Positions 37,931-48,280 are shown, counted from the first letter of the stretch. The stretch: 64,000 bases of DNA from Chthonomonadales bacterium (GCA_037443035.1 JBBIPC010000002.1:160001-224000), one strand, 5' to 3'. Program-made: numbers and translations. Notes: generated by a model from the letters alone, not told the origin.

Positions 37931-38680
37931 CTATGCAGCGTCGTACCCCGTCAGTGGGCGATACCAGATGTTCCGAAAGCGTACGAGGTCTCCGTGATCC
38001 TGGAGCTCCAGGGGCCCCACTGGTGGGTGAGGGGTATACCGGCCAACGACGCGGTGATTCGTCGCGCCGATGGGTTCAGTATGGTTGTGGACGACGACAC
38101 CATTGTGGAGGACCGTGACGCAGGCGGGCTTGACCAACGTCTCGCCGTCGAATCGCGGAGCTTCCCAGATGATGTCGTAGGTCTGCCACTCCCCGGGCTG
38201 TCTGCATACGTTTACCAGAGGGGGATACTGGCCGTAGATGGCGGCAGTGGTGCCGTCCGGATAGGTGGGGTTGTCGTAGCAGTCCAGCACCTGGATCTCG
38301 TACAGGCCCATGAGGAACACCCCGCTATTACCACGTCCCTGTCCGTCGCCCTTGACGACCGCAGGGGCGGCCCATTCGATGTGGAGCTGACAGTCGCCGA
38401 AGTGCTCTCGCGTGCGGATGTTCCCCGCGCCGGGGACCACTTCCATGTACCCGTGCTCTACTCGCCAGCCCGCGGGTCCTCCTTTCACGCTCTGCCAAGC
38501 GTCCAGCCCCGTGCCATCGAAGAGAATGATCGCGTCGGATGGAGGCGATCCCGCCGCCTCCTGTGTACTGAGTAGTGGCGGCGTCACGATGGGAGGTTGT
38601 GGGCGTCGCCCGTCGTGCACGCGATAGGGACTGTTCGGCAAGAAGGGTGTGTCGTCGTAGCCCAAGTGGGTGGATGCCAT
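37931..38680 (-). CDS. DUF1080 (3-keto-disaccharide hydrolase family) protein
   Basis: ILFDG, FGDCQLHIEW, GNSGVF, YEIQVLD, GEWQTYDI and LQDHG..VRFRNIW motifs. Confidence 0.9.
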   Translation of the reverse strand: MASTHLGYDDTPFLPNSPYRVHDGRRPQPPIVTPPLLSTQEAAGSPPSDAIILFDGTGLDAWQSVKGGPAGWRVEHGYMEVVPGAGNIRTREHFGDCQLHIEWAAPAVVKGDGQGRGNSGVFLMGLYEIQVLDCYDNPTYPDGTTAAIYGQYPPLVNVCRQPGEWQTYDIIWEAPRFDGETLVKPACVTVLHNGVVVHNHTEPIGATNHRVVGRYTPHPPVGPLELQDHGDLVRFRNIWYRPLTGYDAA

Positions 38681-38834
38681 GAACCGGACCTCCGTAGTGA
38701 AGTGCTCGTGTCTGTTCGCCGTTCGACGCGGGTTTTCCTTTATCCCCCAAGTGTCCCGCGGATACGCGCAGGAAGAGATCTGCCCCTTGCTGAAATGACA
38801 TTACATGCGCTACTCCAAGGAGGTTCACGTCACC

Positions 38835-39896
38835 GTGTTCGGCTCACTTTCCAGTCTTGCATTTCTCCGGGATGCCCGGTCGCGACGCGCTTCGAGTTAC
38901 GATCAGACGGGTGGAAATGAGGACTTTCTCCTATTTGCACCTGGCGAGACCAAAGAGATCATGCGATCTGCTGGTGCAGGATGCATCCGCCATATCTGGA
39001 TGACGACCGCGGGCAAGGAGGAAGCTCTGCTGCGCCGGTGGGTCATCCGCATGTACTGGGATGGCGAGACATCTCCTAGCGTGGAAGCGCCTCTGGGCGA
39101 TTTCTTCGGCATGGGATTCGGCATCTCGCGCAACTTCGTCTCGGCCCCCTTGCAGATGGGACCGAGCGACGGCCGTGGCATGAACTGCTGGTTCCCCATG
39201 CCGTACTCGGAAGGCGCCACGGTAACGATCACGAACGATGGTGACGAGACGAACGCGCTGTACTACTACGTGGACTACGAGGAATTCGATAGGTTGGCAG
39301 ATGGGATGGCCCGGTTCCACGCCCAATGGCGCAGGGAGAATCCAACGGATGGCTGGATGCATCCGTCCAGACGCCAGGAGTTCCAAGCCGACGTCTGGAG
39401 GACCTGGAAAGCGCCCGAAGCGCTCAACCCCACAGGCCAGGGAAACTATGTGATTCTCGAAGCGGAAGGACGTGGCCACTACGTCGGCTGCAACTTGCAC
39501 ATAGATGTTTTCGAGCGGCAGGTGAACGACTGGTACGGTGAAGGGGATGATATGATTTTCGTGGACGGCGAGCCGTTTCCGACTCTCCACGGCACCGGCA
39601 CCGAGGACTACTTCTGCATGGCGTATTGTCCCCAGACGGAGTACTCAGCGCCCTATCACGGGCTCATCCTTTACAGTGGTACGCCGGACTGGCCGTGGAA
39701 GGGGAAGAACTCCATGTACCGTTACCACATCGAAGACCCCATCCTCTTCCAGAAGTCCATACGTGTCACTATCGAGCACGGGCATGCCAACAAACTGAGC
39801 AACGACTACAGCAGCACGGCCTACTGGTATCAGCTTGAACCGCATCGCCCGTTCCCTCCTTTCCCTCATGTCTCGCTCCGTCTTCCACGACCGTGA
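38835..39896 (+). CDS. DUF2961 / glycoside hydrolase family 172 protein
   Basis: GAGCIRHIWMT, PLGDFFG, WYGEGDD, GTGTEDYF and TIEHGHAN motifs. GTG start after AAGGAGG; ATG 38805 is an alternative. Confidence 0.88.
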   Translation: MFGSLSSLAFLRDARSRRASSYDQTGGNEDFLLFAPGETKEIMRSAGAGCIRHIWMTTAGKEEALLRRWVIRMYWDGETSPSVEAPLGDFFGMGFGISRNFVSAPLQMGPSDGRGMNCWFPMPYSEGATVTITNDGDETNALYYYVDYEEFDRLADGMARFHAQWRRENPTDGWMHPSRRQEFQADVWRTWKAPEALNPTGQGNYVILEAEGRGHYVGCNLHIDVFERQVNDWYGEGDDMIFVDGEPFPTLHGTGTEDYFCMAYCPQTEYSAPYHGLILYSGTPDWPWKGKNSMYRYHIEDPILFQKSIRVTIEHGHANKLSNDYSSTAYWYQLEPHRPFPPFPHVSLRLPRP

Positions 39897-39925
39897 GACG
39901 TCGCCCATCCGGGTTCGACCAAAGC

Positions 39926-39956
39926 TTGACAGAGCTCCGCGTAACCATGGTATGAT
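39926..39956 (+). promoter_or_regulatory. Candidate glnA promoter
   Basis: TTGACA (39926-39931) and TGgTATGAT extended -10 (39951-39956). The 19-nt spacer is suboptimal. Confidence 0.45.
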
Positions 39957-40034
39957 GAGAATGTGCAGCGGGTCCACGACAGGCCCGTGACAATGAATCG
40001 AAACAGACCTGGCCACACTGCCGTGTTCGGGTCG

Positions 40035-40090
40035 AGAAAGCACGCTCCCAGAGCGTCCGATGGCGGACGGATGGGGGCGTTTCTTCTTCT
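40035..40090 (+). terminator. Terminator/attenuator-like hairpin in the glnA leader
   Basis: ACGCTCCCA/TGGGGGCGT outer stem and CGTCCG/CGGACG inner stem, followed by TTCTTCTTCT. Confidence 0.55.
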
Positions 40091-40165
40091 GGTTTCCAAA
40101 GGAGGTGCAGTCGGCCAACTCCTGCAGAAGCCTATCTTCGCACAAGCAAAGGAGAACCCTAGAAC

Positions 40166-41581
40166 ATGACACCCAAGGAAGTCATCGAGCTGGCCATCGA
40201 GCGTGAGGCCAAGGTTGTGGACGTTCGCTTCGTAGATCTGCCGGGTGTGTGGCAGCATTTCGCGATGCCGCTTTCTGCCTTCACGGAAGACGTGTTCGAG
40301 GACGGCATCGGCTTCGATGGCTCGTCCATACGCGGCTTTCAGAAGATCAACGAGTCGGACATGCTGCTAATACCCGACCCAGACACGGCCTTCATGGATC
40401 CCTTCACTGAGGTGCCGCAGCTCGACATCATCTGCGACATCGAGGACCCCATCACCCGCGAACGGTACAGCCGAGACCCGCGCCAGGTTGCGAAGAAGGC
40501 GGAAGCGTACCTCCGCGGAACAGGCCTGGCCGACGTGGCTTACTTCGGACCGGAGGCAGAGTTCTACATCTTCAGCGATATCCGCTACGACACTACCCCC
40601 AACAGTGGCTATTACTTCATTGACAGTGACGAGGGCATATGGAACTCCGGTCGCGATGAGAAGCCAAACCTCGGCTACAAGATCCGTTACAAGGGCGGCT
40701 ATTTCCCTGTGCCCCCAACGGACACGCTCCAGGACCTCCGAACGGAGATGATGCTCACCCTCATCGAGGCTGGTGTGCAGAGCGAGGTGCAGCACCACGA
40801 AGTCGGCACGGCGGGTCAGAGCGAGATAGACATAAAGTATGGCCCGCTCCTCTACACCGCCGACGCGCTCATGAAGTTCAAGTACATCGTCAAGAATGTC
40901 GCATGGCAGAACGGCTATACCGTGACGTTCATGCCAAAGCCCCTCTTCCAGGACAACGGCTCCGGCATGCACTGCCATCAGTCGCTCTGGAAAGAGGGGA
41001 GCAACGTCTTCTACGACGAGAAGGGCTATGCAGGTCTCTCCGAGACTGCCATCTACTACATCGGCGGCCTGCTGAAACATGCGCCTGCCATCCTCGCCTT
41101 TGCAGCTCCGTCAACCAACTCCTACCGGCGGCTGGTCCCGGGTTACGAGGCCCCCATCAACCTCATCTACTCGCAGCGCAACCGGTCGGCGTGCATTCGC
41201 ATCCCCATGTACTCCCGCTCGCCCAAGGCCAAGCGTATCGAGTTTCGCGCACCGGATCCTTCGGCCAACCCGTACCTCGCATTCCCGGCGATGCTCATGG
41301 CGGGGCTCGACGGCATCGAGAACCGCATCCTGCCGCCCGATCCCATTGACAAGGACCTCTACGAGATGGAACCAGAGGAGCGCCACGGCATCAAGATGAC
41401 GCCTGGTAGCTTGCAAGAGTCCCTCGACGCTCTGGAGGCGGACCATGACTTCCTGTTGAAGGGAGATGTCTTCACCAGGGACCTGCTCGAAGAGTACGTC
41501 GCCTACAAGCGGAAGAACGAAGTGGACGCCGTTGCGTTGAGGCCTCACCCCCACGAGTTCTACCTCTATTACGACATCTGA
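40166..41581 (+). CDS. glnA: Glutamine synthetase type I
   Basis: [49 protein letters not shown] and the adenylylation-site-like KDLY. Confidence 0.98.
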   Translation: MTPKEVIELAIEREAKVVDVRFVDLPGVWQHFAMPLSAFTEDVFEDGIGFDGSSIRGFQKINESDMLLIPDPDTAFMDPFTEVPQLDIICDIEDPITRERYSRDPRQVAKKAEAYLRGTGLADVAYFGPEAEFYIFSDIRYDTTPNSGYYFIDSDEGIWNSGRDEKPNLGYKIRYKGGYFPVPPTDTLQDLRTEMMLTLIEAGVQSEVQHHEVGTAGQSEIDIKYGPLLYTADALMKFKYIVKNVAWQNGYTVTFMPKPLFQDNGSGMHCHQSLWKEGSNVFYDEKGYAGLSETAIYYIGGLLKHAPAILAFAAPSTNSYRRLVPGYEAPINLIYSQRNRSACIRIPMYSRSPKAKRIEFRAPDPSANPYLAFPAMLMAGLDGIENRILPPDPIDKDLYEMEPEERHGIKMTPGSLQESLDALEADHDFLLKGDVFTRDLLEEYVAYKRKNEVDAVALRPHPHEFYLYYDI

Positions 41582-41599
41582 GCCTCTCGCACGGAGATC

Positions 41600-41640
41600 G
41601 TGCTGTGTGGCCTGCGTCCACGGATGCAGGCCACACGCAC
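41600..41640 (+). terminator. Strong hairpin between glnA and glnB
   Basis: GTGTGGCCTGCGTC-CACG-GATGCAGGCCACAC. The U-tract is weak, and a TATAAT follows at 41652-41657. Confidence 0.55.
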
Positions 41641-41687
41641 TTGCGCTGATGTATAATCCTCCCCGATAGGAGGTCCTCCCTCCGGAC

Positions 41688-42026
41688 ATGAAGCGCATCG
41701 AGTGTATCATCCGCCCGCATAAGCTCGACGAAGTCAAGATCGCCCTCGGGGAGATTGGCGTCACTGGCATGACGGTTACTGATGTCCGTGGTTCCGGGCG
41801 CCATCGAGGCCATCGGGAGAGTTTCCTAGGTGCCGACTACGCCATTGACCTACCAACCAAGGTCAAGATCGAGATGATCGTCCGTGATGAGGACGTGGAA
41901 GAGATCATCGAGACTGTACTGGCACACGCCTGGACAGGCGAGAAGGGCGACGGGAAGATCTTCGTCTTGCCCATGGAAGATGCCATCCGCATTCGTACAG
42001 CCGAGAGCGGCGACGAAATCCTCTGA
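41688..42026 (+). CDS. glnB: P-II nitrogen regulatory protein
   Basis: 112 aa; IIRPHKLDEVK, Tyr51, K58 and TGEKGDGKIF..IRIRT motifs. Confidence 0.93.
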   Translation: MKRIECIIRPHKLDEVKIALGEIGVTGMTVTDVRGSGRHRGHRESFLGADYAIDLPTKVKIEMIVRDEDVEEIIETVLAHAWTGEKGDGKIFVLPMEDAIRIRTAESGDEIL

Positions 42027-42235
42027 GCCAAGGCTGAGATGGGGCGCCTGCAGTCTATGGCATACACTTCCGCGTGCCTGGCTGCATTCTACGCTATGCA
42101 AACCGCAAGAGTTTCTAGCACCAAGTGCAGGAGCTTGGTAACCAGGCAGCGAAGAGTATTCATGGCAACGCGCGGTCGTGCTCCGCAGCCTGCTGATGAC
42201 CCGCTTCGCGAAGCAACAAGGAAAGGAGTATTCCA

Positions 42236-43585
42236 TTGGGCAACAGAATGACCCGCCGGGACCTGATGCGGACCACGGCCATGATGACCGGTGCGGTTCT
42301 CATCTCGCCCGAAGTCCTGGCACGTCAATCACCGAACCAGACTCTGGGAGTGGCCGTTGTGGCAGCAGGGGGCATGGGCGGCTACGCCGTGGACATGGCC
42401 CTCACCGAGCGCCTCGTCGCACTATGCGACATTGACGAAAACGCCCTGGCAGGCGCCATGAAGAAGGTCAAGGAACGACGCCCTGATCTGCCGGAGCCCA
42501 AGACCTTCTTCGACTATCGCAAGATGCTCGACGCATGTCGCAAGGACATTGACGTGGTGCTGATCTCCACGCCAGACCATCACCACGCACCGGCAGCGAT
42601 CCGCGCCATGCAGATGGGTAAGCACGTCTTTGTGCAGAAGCCGCTGGCGTACAACATCGCGGAGTGCCGTGCACTTGCCAAGGCGGCGCGCCGCTACAAA
42701 GTCCTGACGCAGATGGGCAACCAGGGCCACTGTGGCGAAGCCATACGGCGCGCATGCGAGTACCTGTGGGATGGATGTATTGGGAACGTAACCGAGACTC
42801 ACTCCATCCTGGGCCGCAACTTCGGAGGGAGCGGCGGTCGCCCACCGTCGAAACCCGTGCCGCCAGGCGTCCACTGGGAGGAGTGGATCGGTCCGGCACC
42901 ATTCCGAGAGTATCACGACGGGCTGCATCCGTTCAGTTGGCGGTCGTGGCGCGACTTCGGCACGGGCACCATCGGCGATATGGCCTGCCATAACCTCGAC
43001 GTCCTCTTCTGGGCGCTGAAGGTCGGCGAAGCAAAGAAGATCACCGTGGAGTGTCTCAACACGACGGGTGGCAGCGAGGAGATGTGGCCACAGGACAACA
43101 TTGTCCGTTATGATGTGCCTGCGCGGGCTGGCATGCCTCCCCTGAAGGTGTACGTCTACGACCACCAGGGACTGAAGCCGCAGATCATGCTCGACACCGA
43201 GAAAGAGTGCGACGTGAAGTTCAGCGAGTGCACCCTCTTCATCGGCGAGAAGGGTAAGTTCTGGACCACGGGCACGGCTGGCCAGGCGCGCATTCTGCCG
43301 CTGGAGAAACACGCCGAGTATCCACCGCCACCCCAGACTCTCCCCAGAGCTCATGGCGGCCCCATCGAAGACCTGTTCTGGTGCATCAAGAATGGGGGCA
43401 CGCCCTGCTCCAACATTCCGGAAGCTTCAGGTCCGCTGACAGAGTTCGCGCTCCTCGGGCACCTTGCTCAGAAAGCCGGCGTGGGCCAGAAGGTGGAGTG
43501 GGATGTCGCTGCCATGAAATGCACGAACCTCCCCGAGCTGAACGCGGTCGTACGCCGCAAGTACCGCAAGGGCTGGGAAGTCTAG
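42236..43585 (+). CDS. Tat-exported Gfo/Idh/MocA oxidoreductase
   Basis: Twin-arginine MTRRDLM; STPDHHHA, HVFVQKPL, QMGNQG and GDMACHNLD motifs. Confidence 0.92.
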   Translation: MGNRMTRRDLMRTTAMMTGAVLISPEVLARQSPNQTLGVAVVAAGGMGGYAVDMALTERLVALCDIDENALAGAMKKVKERRPDLPEPKTFFDYRKMLDACRKDIDVVLISTPDHHHAPAAIRAMQMGKHVFVQKPLAYNIAECRALAKAARRYKVLTQMGNQGHCGEAIRRACEYLWDGCIGNVTETHSILGRNFGGSGGRPPSKPVPPGVHWEEWIGPAPFREYHDGLHPFSWRSWRDFGTGTIGDMACHNLDVLFWALKVGEAKKITVECLNTTGGSEEMWPQDNIVRYDVPARAGMPPLKVYVYDHQGLKPQIMLDTEKECDVKFSECTLFIGEKGKFWTTGTAGQARILPLEKHAEYPPPPQTLPRAHGGPIEDLFWCIKNGGTPCSNIPEASGPLTEFALLGHLAQKAGVGQKVEWDVAAMKCTNLPELNAVVRRKYRKGWEV

Positions 43586-43605
43586 AAGCTCCGTTCGATT
43601 GGTCC

Positions 43606-43663
43606 AGGGGGCCCCTCTTCGCGGAGGCAGACGAAGCTTCCGCGGAAAGGCGGCCCCTTTCCT
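43606..43663 (+). terminator. Probable terminator after the oxidoreductase gene
   Basis: Imperfect GC-rich inverted repeat (CGCGGAGG/CTTCCGCG core, AGGGG/CCCCT outer) followed by TTTCCTT. Confidence 0.5.
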
Positions 43664-43679
43664 TATCTCGGGGCTTGCG

Positions 43680-43708
43680 TTGACACAGCCGGTGGTCGTG
43701 GGTATCAT
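43680..43708 (+). promoter_or_regulatory. sigma70-type promoter of topA
   Basis: TTGACA, 17-nt spacer, TATCAT, ending 42 nt before the topA ATG. Confidence 0.75.
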
Positions 43709-43750
43709 GCGTCGCCGTCGCCGACCATCAACATCAAAGAGCAAAGATGC

Positions 43751-46084
43751 ATGGCTACAACACTGATCATCGTCGAATCGCCAGCCAAGACCAAGACGCT
43801 GCGCAACTTCCTCGGACCAGGCTTTCGTGCAGAGGCAAGCATGGGTCATGTGCGAGACCTGCCCGAGAAGGAAATGGGCGTCGATATAGACAAAGGCTTC
43901 AAGCCCCGGTACGTCCTGATCCCTGAGCGGCGTGAGACTATCAAGAGATTACGAGAAGCGGCTGCGAAAGCTGACCGGGTGCTGCTCGCTTCGGACCCCG
44001 ACCGCGAGGGCGAGGCCATCGCCTATCACCTTGCCCACGTGCTGAAACTTTCCAACGCAGAACGCATCGAGTTCAACGAAATTACGCGACAGGCCGTGCT
44101 GGCGGCGTTGGATCACCCCCGGCCCATTGACGGCAAGCGAGTGGATGCACAGGAAGCGAGACGGATCCTCGACCGGATTGTCGGCTATCGTCTCTCACCG
44201 CTTCTCTGGAAGAAGGTCCGCAAAGGACTGAGCGCTGGGCGCGTCCAATCCGTCGTGCTCAGGCTCATCTGCGACCGAGAGCGCGAGATCCTGGCCTTCG
44301 TACCCGAAGAGTACTGGACCATCACCGCCCGCCTGACACCGCAGCCCCCGGAAGAGCCGTGGCCCTTCGAGGCGCGCCTGATCCAACGCGACCACAAGAA
44401 GGTAGCGCTGAAGAACGAGGCGGACGCCAAGGCTGTCGTCGCGGATCTCCAGGGCGCTACCTATCGCGTGGCATCAGTCAAGACGCGGGAGCAGCTTCGG
44501 AAGCCGCAGCCACCCTTCACGACGAGCACGCTCCAGCAAGAAGCAGCGCGAAAGCTGGGCTTCAGCAACAGAAAGACGATGATCGTCGCGCAGCAGTTGT
44601 ACGAGGGTGTGGATCTTGGACCAGCCGGAGCTACGGGACTGATTACGTACATGAGGTCGGACTCCGTCCGTGTGGCACCGGAGGCACAGGCACAGGCCCG
44701 CGATTACATCCATGCCCATTTCGGCGAGCGGTACCTACCCAAGTCCCCTCCGGTCTACAAGACCAAGGGAGCCTCTCAGGACGCCCACGAAGCTATTCGC
44801 CCGACCTCCGTTGCACGCGATATGGCCGCGGTCGAGCCCTACCTCGATGACGACCAGAAGAAGCTGTATCGTCTCATCTGGGAACGGTTCGTGGCGAGTC
44901 AGATGGCCCCGGCCGTTCTGGACGTGACGACCGTGGACATCGAGGCCAGTCGGTACACTTTCCGCGCCAGCGGCTCCGTCGTCAAGTTCGATGGTTACAT
45001 GCGCATCTATACCGAAGGCAAGGATACGGGCGCGGAGGCGGAGGATGATGCGTCGGACACGCGGCTGCCACCTCTCACTGCGAACCAGCTGCTCGACCTC
45101 TTGGAGTTGCTGCCGAAACAGCACTTCACAGAGCCACCTCCCCGCTACACGGAAGCGACCCTGGTCAAGACGCTTGACGAGCGTGGGATCGGACGTCCGA
45201 GTACCTGGGCTACGTTCATCGCAACCATTCTCGACCGCGGTTACGTGGTGCTCGTAGATCGGAAGTTCCGCCCGACGGACCTGGGGTTCACTGTAAACGA
45301 TCTGCTGGTGAAGCACTTTCCCACGATCATGGACCCGGACTTCACGTCCGAGATGGAGACCAAGCTCGACGAGATCGAGGAGGGGCATGCTGACAAGCTA
45401 TCCATTCTGCGGCACTTCTATGATCCATTCCAGGCAGCCGTGGACCTAGCCCACGAACAGATGCAGAGCATGAAGCCGGCCCCTGTGGAGACGGATATCA
45501 CGTGCCCAGCATGCGGCCGGAAAATGATGCTGCGCCAGTCGGATCGCGGGCCGTTTCTGGGGTGTTCCGGTTACCCTCGATGCAAGACGGTTCTCAACGC
45601 AGATGGCACGCCTATCGCCCATCCGGAGTCGGACAACGCCGCCGCTACGGACCGTACGTGCCCCAAGTGCGGCAAGCCAATGGTCGTCCGCCAGGGTCGG
45701 TACGGGCCATTCCTGGGCTGCAGCGGGTATCCGAAGTGCCGCACCGTCTTGCCCCTGGCTGGCGAGCAAGGGCCAGCAGCGCAGCCACAGCTCGAGTCGA
45801 CCGGCGTGAAATGCCCAAAGGACGGTGGAGATGTAGTCGTTCGACGCTCTAGACGCGGTGCGGTTTTCTACGGGTGTGCCAACTATCCTGAATGCGACTA
45901 CACCACGTGGCACCGGCCTACAGGCGACATGTGTCCGAAGTGTGGCTGGCCGGTCGGAGCCAAGAGCTTTCGTGGAAGAGCAACCGGCCTGATCGTCTGC
46001 ACGAATCCCGACTGCGACTATCAGGAACGACAGACAGCTCCAGCGCGTGCAGACGGTACTGTGCCGGATTCTCCGGAGGGCTGA
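43751..46084 (+). CDS. topA: DNA topoisomerase I
   Basis: IVESPAK, SDPDREGEAI, SAGRVQS, catalytic LITYMRSDS, GIGRPST and C-terminal Zn ribbons. Confidence 0.98.
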   Translation: MATTLIIVESPAKTKTLRNFLGPGFRAEASMGHVRDLPEKEMGVDIDKGFKPRYVLIPERRETIKRLREAAAKADRVLLASDPDREGEAIAYHLAHVLKLSNAERIEFNEITRQAVLAALDHPRPIDGKRVDAQEARRILDRIVGYRLSPLLWKKVRKGLSAGRVQSVVLRLICDREREILAFVPEEYWTITARLTPQPPEEPWPFEARLIQRDHKKVALKNEADAKAVVADLQGATYRVASVKTREQLRKPQPPFTTSTLQQEAARKLGFSNRKTMIVAQQLYEGVDLGPAGATGLITYMRSDSVRVAPEAQAQARDYIHAHFGERYLPKSPPVYKTKGASQDAHEAIRPTSVARDMAAVEPYLDDDQKKLYRLIWERFVASQMAPAVLDVTTVDIEASRYTFRASGSVVKFDGYMRIYTEGKDTGAEAEDDASDTRLPPLTANQLLDLLELLPKQHFTEPPPRYTEATLVKTLDERGIGRPSTWATFIATILDRGYVVLVDRKFRPTDLGFTVNDLLVKHFPTIMDPDFTSEMETKLDEIEEGHADKLSILRHFYDPFQAAVDLAHEQMQSMKPAPVETDITCPACGRKMMLRQSDRGPFLGCSGYPRCKTVLNADGTPIAHPESDNAAATDRTCPKCGKPMVVRQGRYGPFLGCSGYPKCRTVLPLAGEQGPAAQPQLESTGVKCPKDGGDVVVRRSRRGAVFYGCANYPECDYTTWHRPTGDMCPKCGWPVGAKSFRGRATGLIVCTNPDCDYQERQTAPARADGTVPDSPEG

Positions 46085-47439
46085 TGGGGGACCGTCCTCT
46101 CGTTGTCGTCGTCGGGGGCGGACTGGCCGGCGTGGAATGCGCCTGGGCTGCGGCCAATCGCGGAGCTCAGGTCCTTCTCTACGAGATGCGACCAACGAAG
46201 CTCACGCCAGCTCACCATACAGGGGACCTGGCTGAGCTGGTCTGCTCCAACTCCCTGAAGTCGTCGCGGCTGGGCAACGCCTCGGGTCTCCTCAAGGAGG
46301 AGATGAGGCGACTCGGCTCGGTGACGCTTTCCGTAGCGGACACCACTGCGGTGCCGGCAGGCGAGGCCCTCGCAGTTGACCCGTCCTTGTTCGCGGCCGG
46401 TGTCACAGAGCGCATCCATGCGCATACCGAGATCACTGTGGTTCGCGAGGAGGTTCTAGAGCTCCCAAACCAGCGCCCAACCGTGCTAGCGACCGGCCCT
46501 CTGACCTCCACGGATCTAGCACTTTCTCTTCAGCAGCTTACCGGTAGGGAAGCCCTCTACTTCTATGATGCGGTTGCGCCGACGGTGACCGCTGACAGCA
46601 TCGCCATGGAGAGGGTCTATCGTGCGTCGCGCAGGGGCCGGGGCGGTACTGTCGGTGCGACTTCGGAGGATTATCTCAACTGCCCCATGACCAAGGAGGA
46701 GTATCAGGCCTTCTACCAAGCTCTAATCCAGGCAGCGCAATCCACACCCCATCTCCCCGAGGAACATAACACGACGTTCTTCGAAGGCTGCTTGCCGATC
46801 GAAGAGCTTGCCCGGCGCGGTCCTGGCACCCTTCTCTACGGGCCGATGCGTCCCATTGGGTTGCCGGATCCCCGTACTGGACGCCGCCCGTACGCGGTCG
46901 TGCAGTTGCGTCAGGAGAACAAGTCGGGCACCCTCTGGGGTCTGGTAGGGTTCCAGACACGGCTGAAGTGGTCCGAACAGCAGCGAGTCTTTCGTATGAT
47001 CCCGGGTCTGGAGGCGGCACAGTTCGTGCGCTACGGCGTCCTGCATCGGAACACGTACTTGAGGTCTCCGGAAGTGCTCGCTCCGGACCTCCAAGTGAAG
47101 GCCGAGCCGGGTATCTTCGTTGCTGGCCAGCTGAGCGGTGTCGAAGGCTACATGGAGTCGGCTGCCATGGGCATCCTAGCCGGGATCAACGCAGCGCGCC
47201 TGGCGCAGGGGCTACCCACAGTCCTTCCTCCGGCAGAAACCATGCTCGGCTCGCTCTGCCGATACCTGGTCGAGTGCTTGCCCGACAGATTCGCGCCCAT
47301 GAACGCCAATCATGGGCTGCTCCCACCTCTGACGGAGCGCGCTAAGGATCGCAAGGCTCGCGGCGATCTGTACGCCCAACGATCCTTGGCGGCTCTCCAG
47401 ACGTGGATCCGCTCGGAGCTCGGCGAGGACCGTACATAG
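46084..47439 (+). CDS. trmFO: tRNA (uracil-5)-methyltransferase TrmFO
   Basis: VGGGLAGVE, AELVCSNS, FEGCLPIE, RYGVLHRN and AGQLSGVEGY motifs. ATG overlaps the topA TGA. Confidence 0.96.
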   Translation: MGDRPLVVVVGGGLAGVECAWAAANRGAQVLLYEMRPTKLTPAHHTGDLAELVCSNSLKSSRLGNASGLLKEEMRRLGSVTLSVADTTAVPAGEALAVDPSLFAAGVTERIHAHTEITVVREEVLELPNQRPTVLATGPLTSTDLALSLQQLTGREALYFYDAVAPTVTADSIAMERVYRASRRGRGGTVGATSEDYLNCPMTKEEYQAFYQALIQAAQSTPHLPEEHNTTFFEGCLPIEELARRGPGTLLYGPMRPIGLPDPRTGRRPYAVVQLRQENKSGTLWGLVGFQTRLKWSEQQRVFRMIPGLEAAQFVRYGVLHRNTYLRSPEVLAPDLQVKAEPGIFVAGQLSGVEGYMESAAMGILAGINAARLAQGLPTVLPPAETMLGSLCRYLVECLPDRFAPMNANHGLLPPLTERAKDRKARGDLYAQRSLAALQTWIRSELGEDRT

Positions 47440-47446
47440 GAGTCCC

Positions 47447-48280
47447 ATGACCATGCCCGAACCCGTCCCCTCTGACATTCGCGTCATCGTGGACCGACTC
47501 GAAGGGGAGGTGAGTCTCGCTGCCCGCGACTTGCGCACAGGGCGCACGATCCTGCTGCACCCGGACCGCCAGTGCCCTACAGCCAGCGTCATCAAGCTCC
47601 CCATTCTCGTCCACACGGTGCTCCTCGCCCAGGAAGGCCATCTGTCGTTGGATGAGCCCGTCCTGTACGCCGCTGAGGAGAAGACCCCTGGTTCTGGCAT
47701 CCTGAAGGATCTGACACCGGGACTGAAGCTACCATTACGAGACCTATGCACCGTGATGATCGCCCTCTCCGACAATACGGCGACCAACCTCGTGCTCGAC
47801 AGGGTGGGCATAGAACCCGTCAACGTACGGATGCAGGCTCTGGGCTTGCGTCACACAAGGCTATTTCGTAAGGTCTTCAGCCAGGGTCCACCTGTGAGCC
47901 GACAGAACGCACGCTACGGCCTCGGTGTTACCACCCCGCGAGACATGATCCGCCTTCTTTCAGCCCTCTACTTCGGAACCATAGGTAATCGCGAAACGTC
48001 CGAGCTTGTACGCACGTTCCTCCGCACTCAGCAGGGGCGCGACGGCATCCCGAGGTATCTTCAGCCGGAATGGACGTACGAAGGAAAGGGCGGTGCCGTG
48101 AATTCGGTGCGGAATGACGTCGGCATCGTGGCCGGTCCTGACGGCCTAGCCGTCGCCCTCGCGATATTCTGCACCGACATGCCTCGGCCGCTGTGGACAG
48201 CCGACAACCCTGGCTGGATAGCAATAGGTAGGCTGGCGCACGCGATCATCCAGAACTTCCATCCGGAGTTGGCGACGTAA
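47447..48280 (+). CDS. Serine hydrolase with class A beta-lactamase fold
   Basis: SVIK (SxxK), SDN and KGG in place of KTG; no signal peptide. Confidence 0.85.
   Translation: MTMPEPVPSDIRVIVDRLEGEVSLAARDLRTGRTILLHPDRQCPTASVIKLPILVHTVLLAQEGHLSLDEPVLYAAEEKTPGSGILKDLTPGLKLPLRDLCTVMIALSDNTATNLVLDRVGIEPVNVRMQALGLRHTRLFRKVFSQGPPVSRQNARYGLGVTTPRDMIRLLSALYFGTIGNRETSELVRTFLRTQQGRDGIPRYLQPEWTYEGKGGAVNSVRNDVGIVAGPDGLAVALAIFCTDMPRPLWTADNPGWIAIGRLAHAIIQNFHPELAT

Noticed and set aside
37694..38575. 293-aa plus-strand ORF
   Set aside because: Antisense shadow of the DUF1080 gene with no recognisable motifs.
39963..40169. 68-aa ORF overlapping the glnA start as a leader peptide
   Set aside because: No RBS and no Gln-rich tract; it runs through the hairpin and is probably incidental.
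45892..46083. 64-aa N-terminal extension of TrmFO
   Set aside because: It overlaps topA; the Rossmann motif begins right after ATG 46084.
47447..48280. Antibiotic-resistance beta-lactamase
   Set aside because: No export signal, KGG instead of KTG and no evident Glu166 motif.
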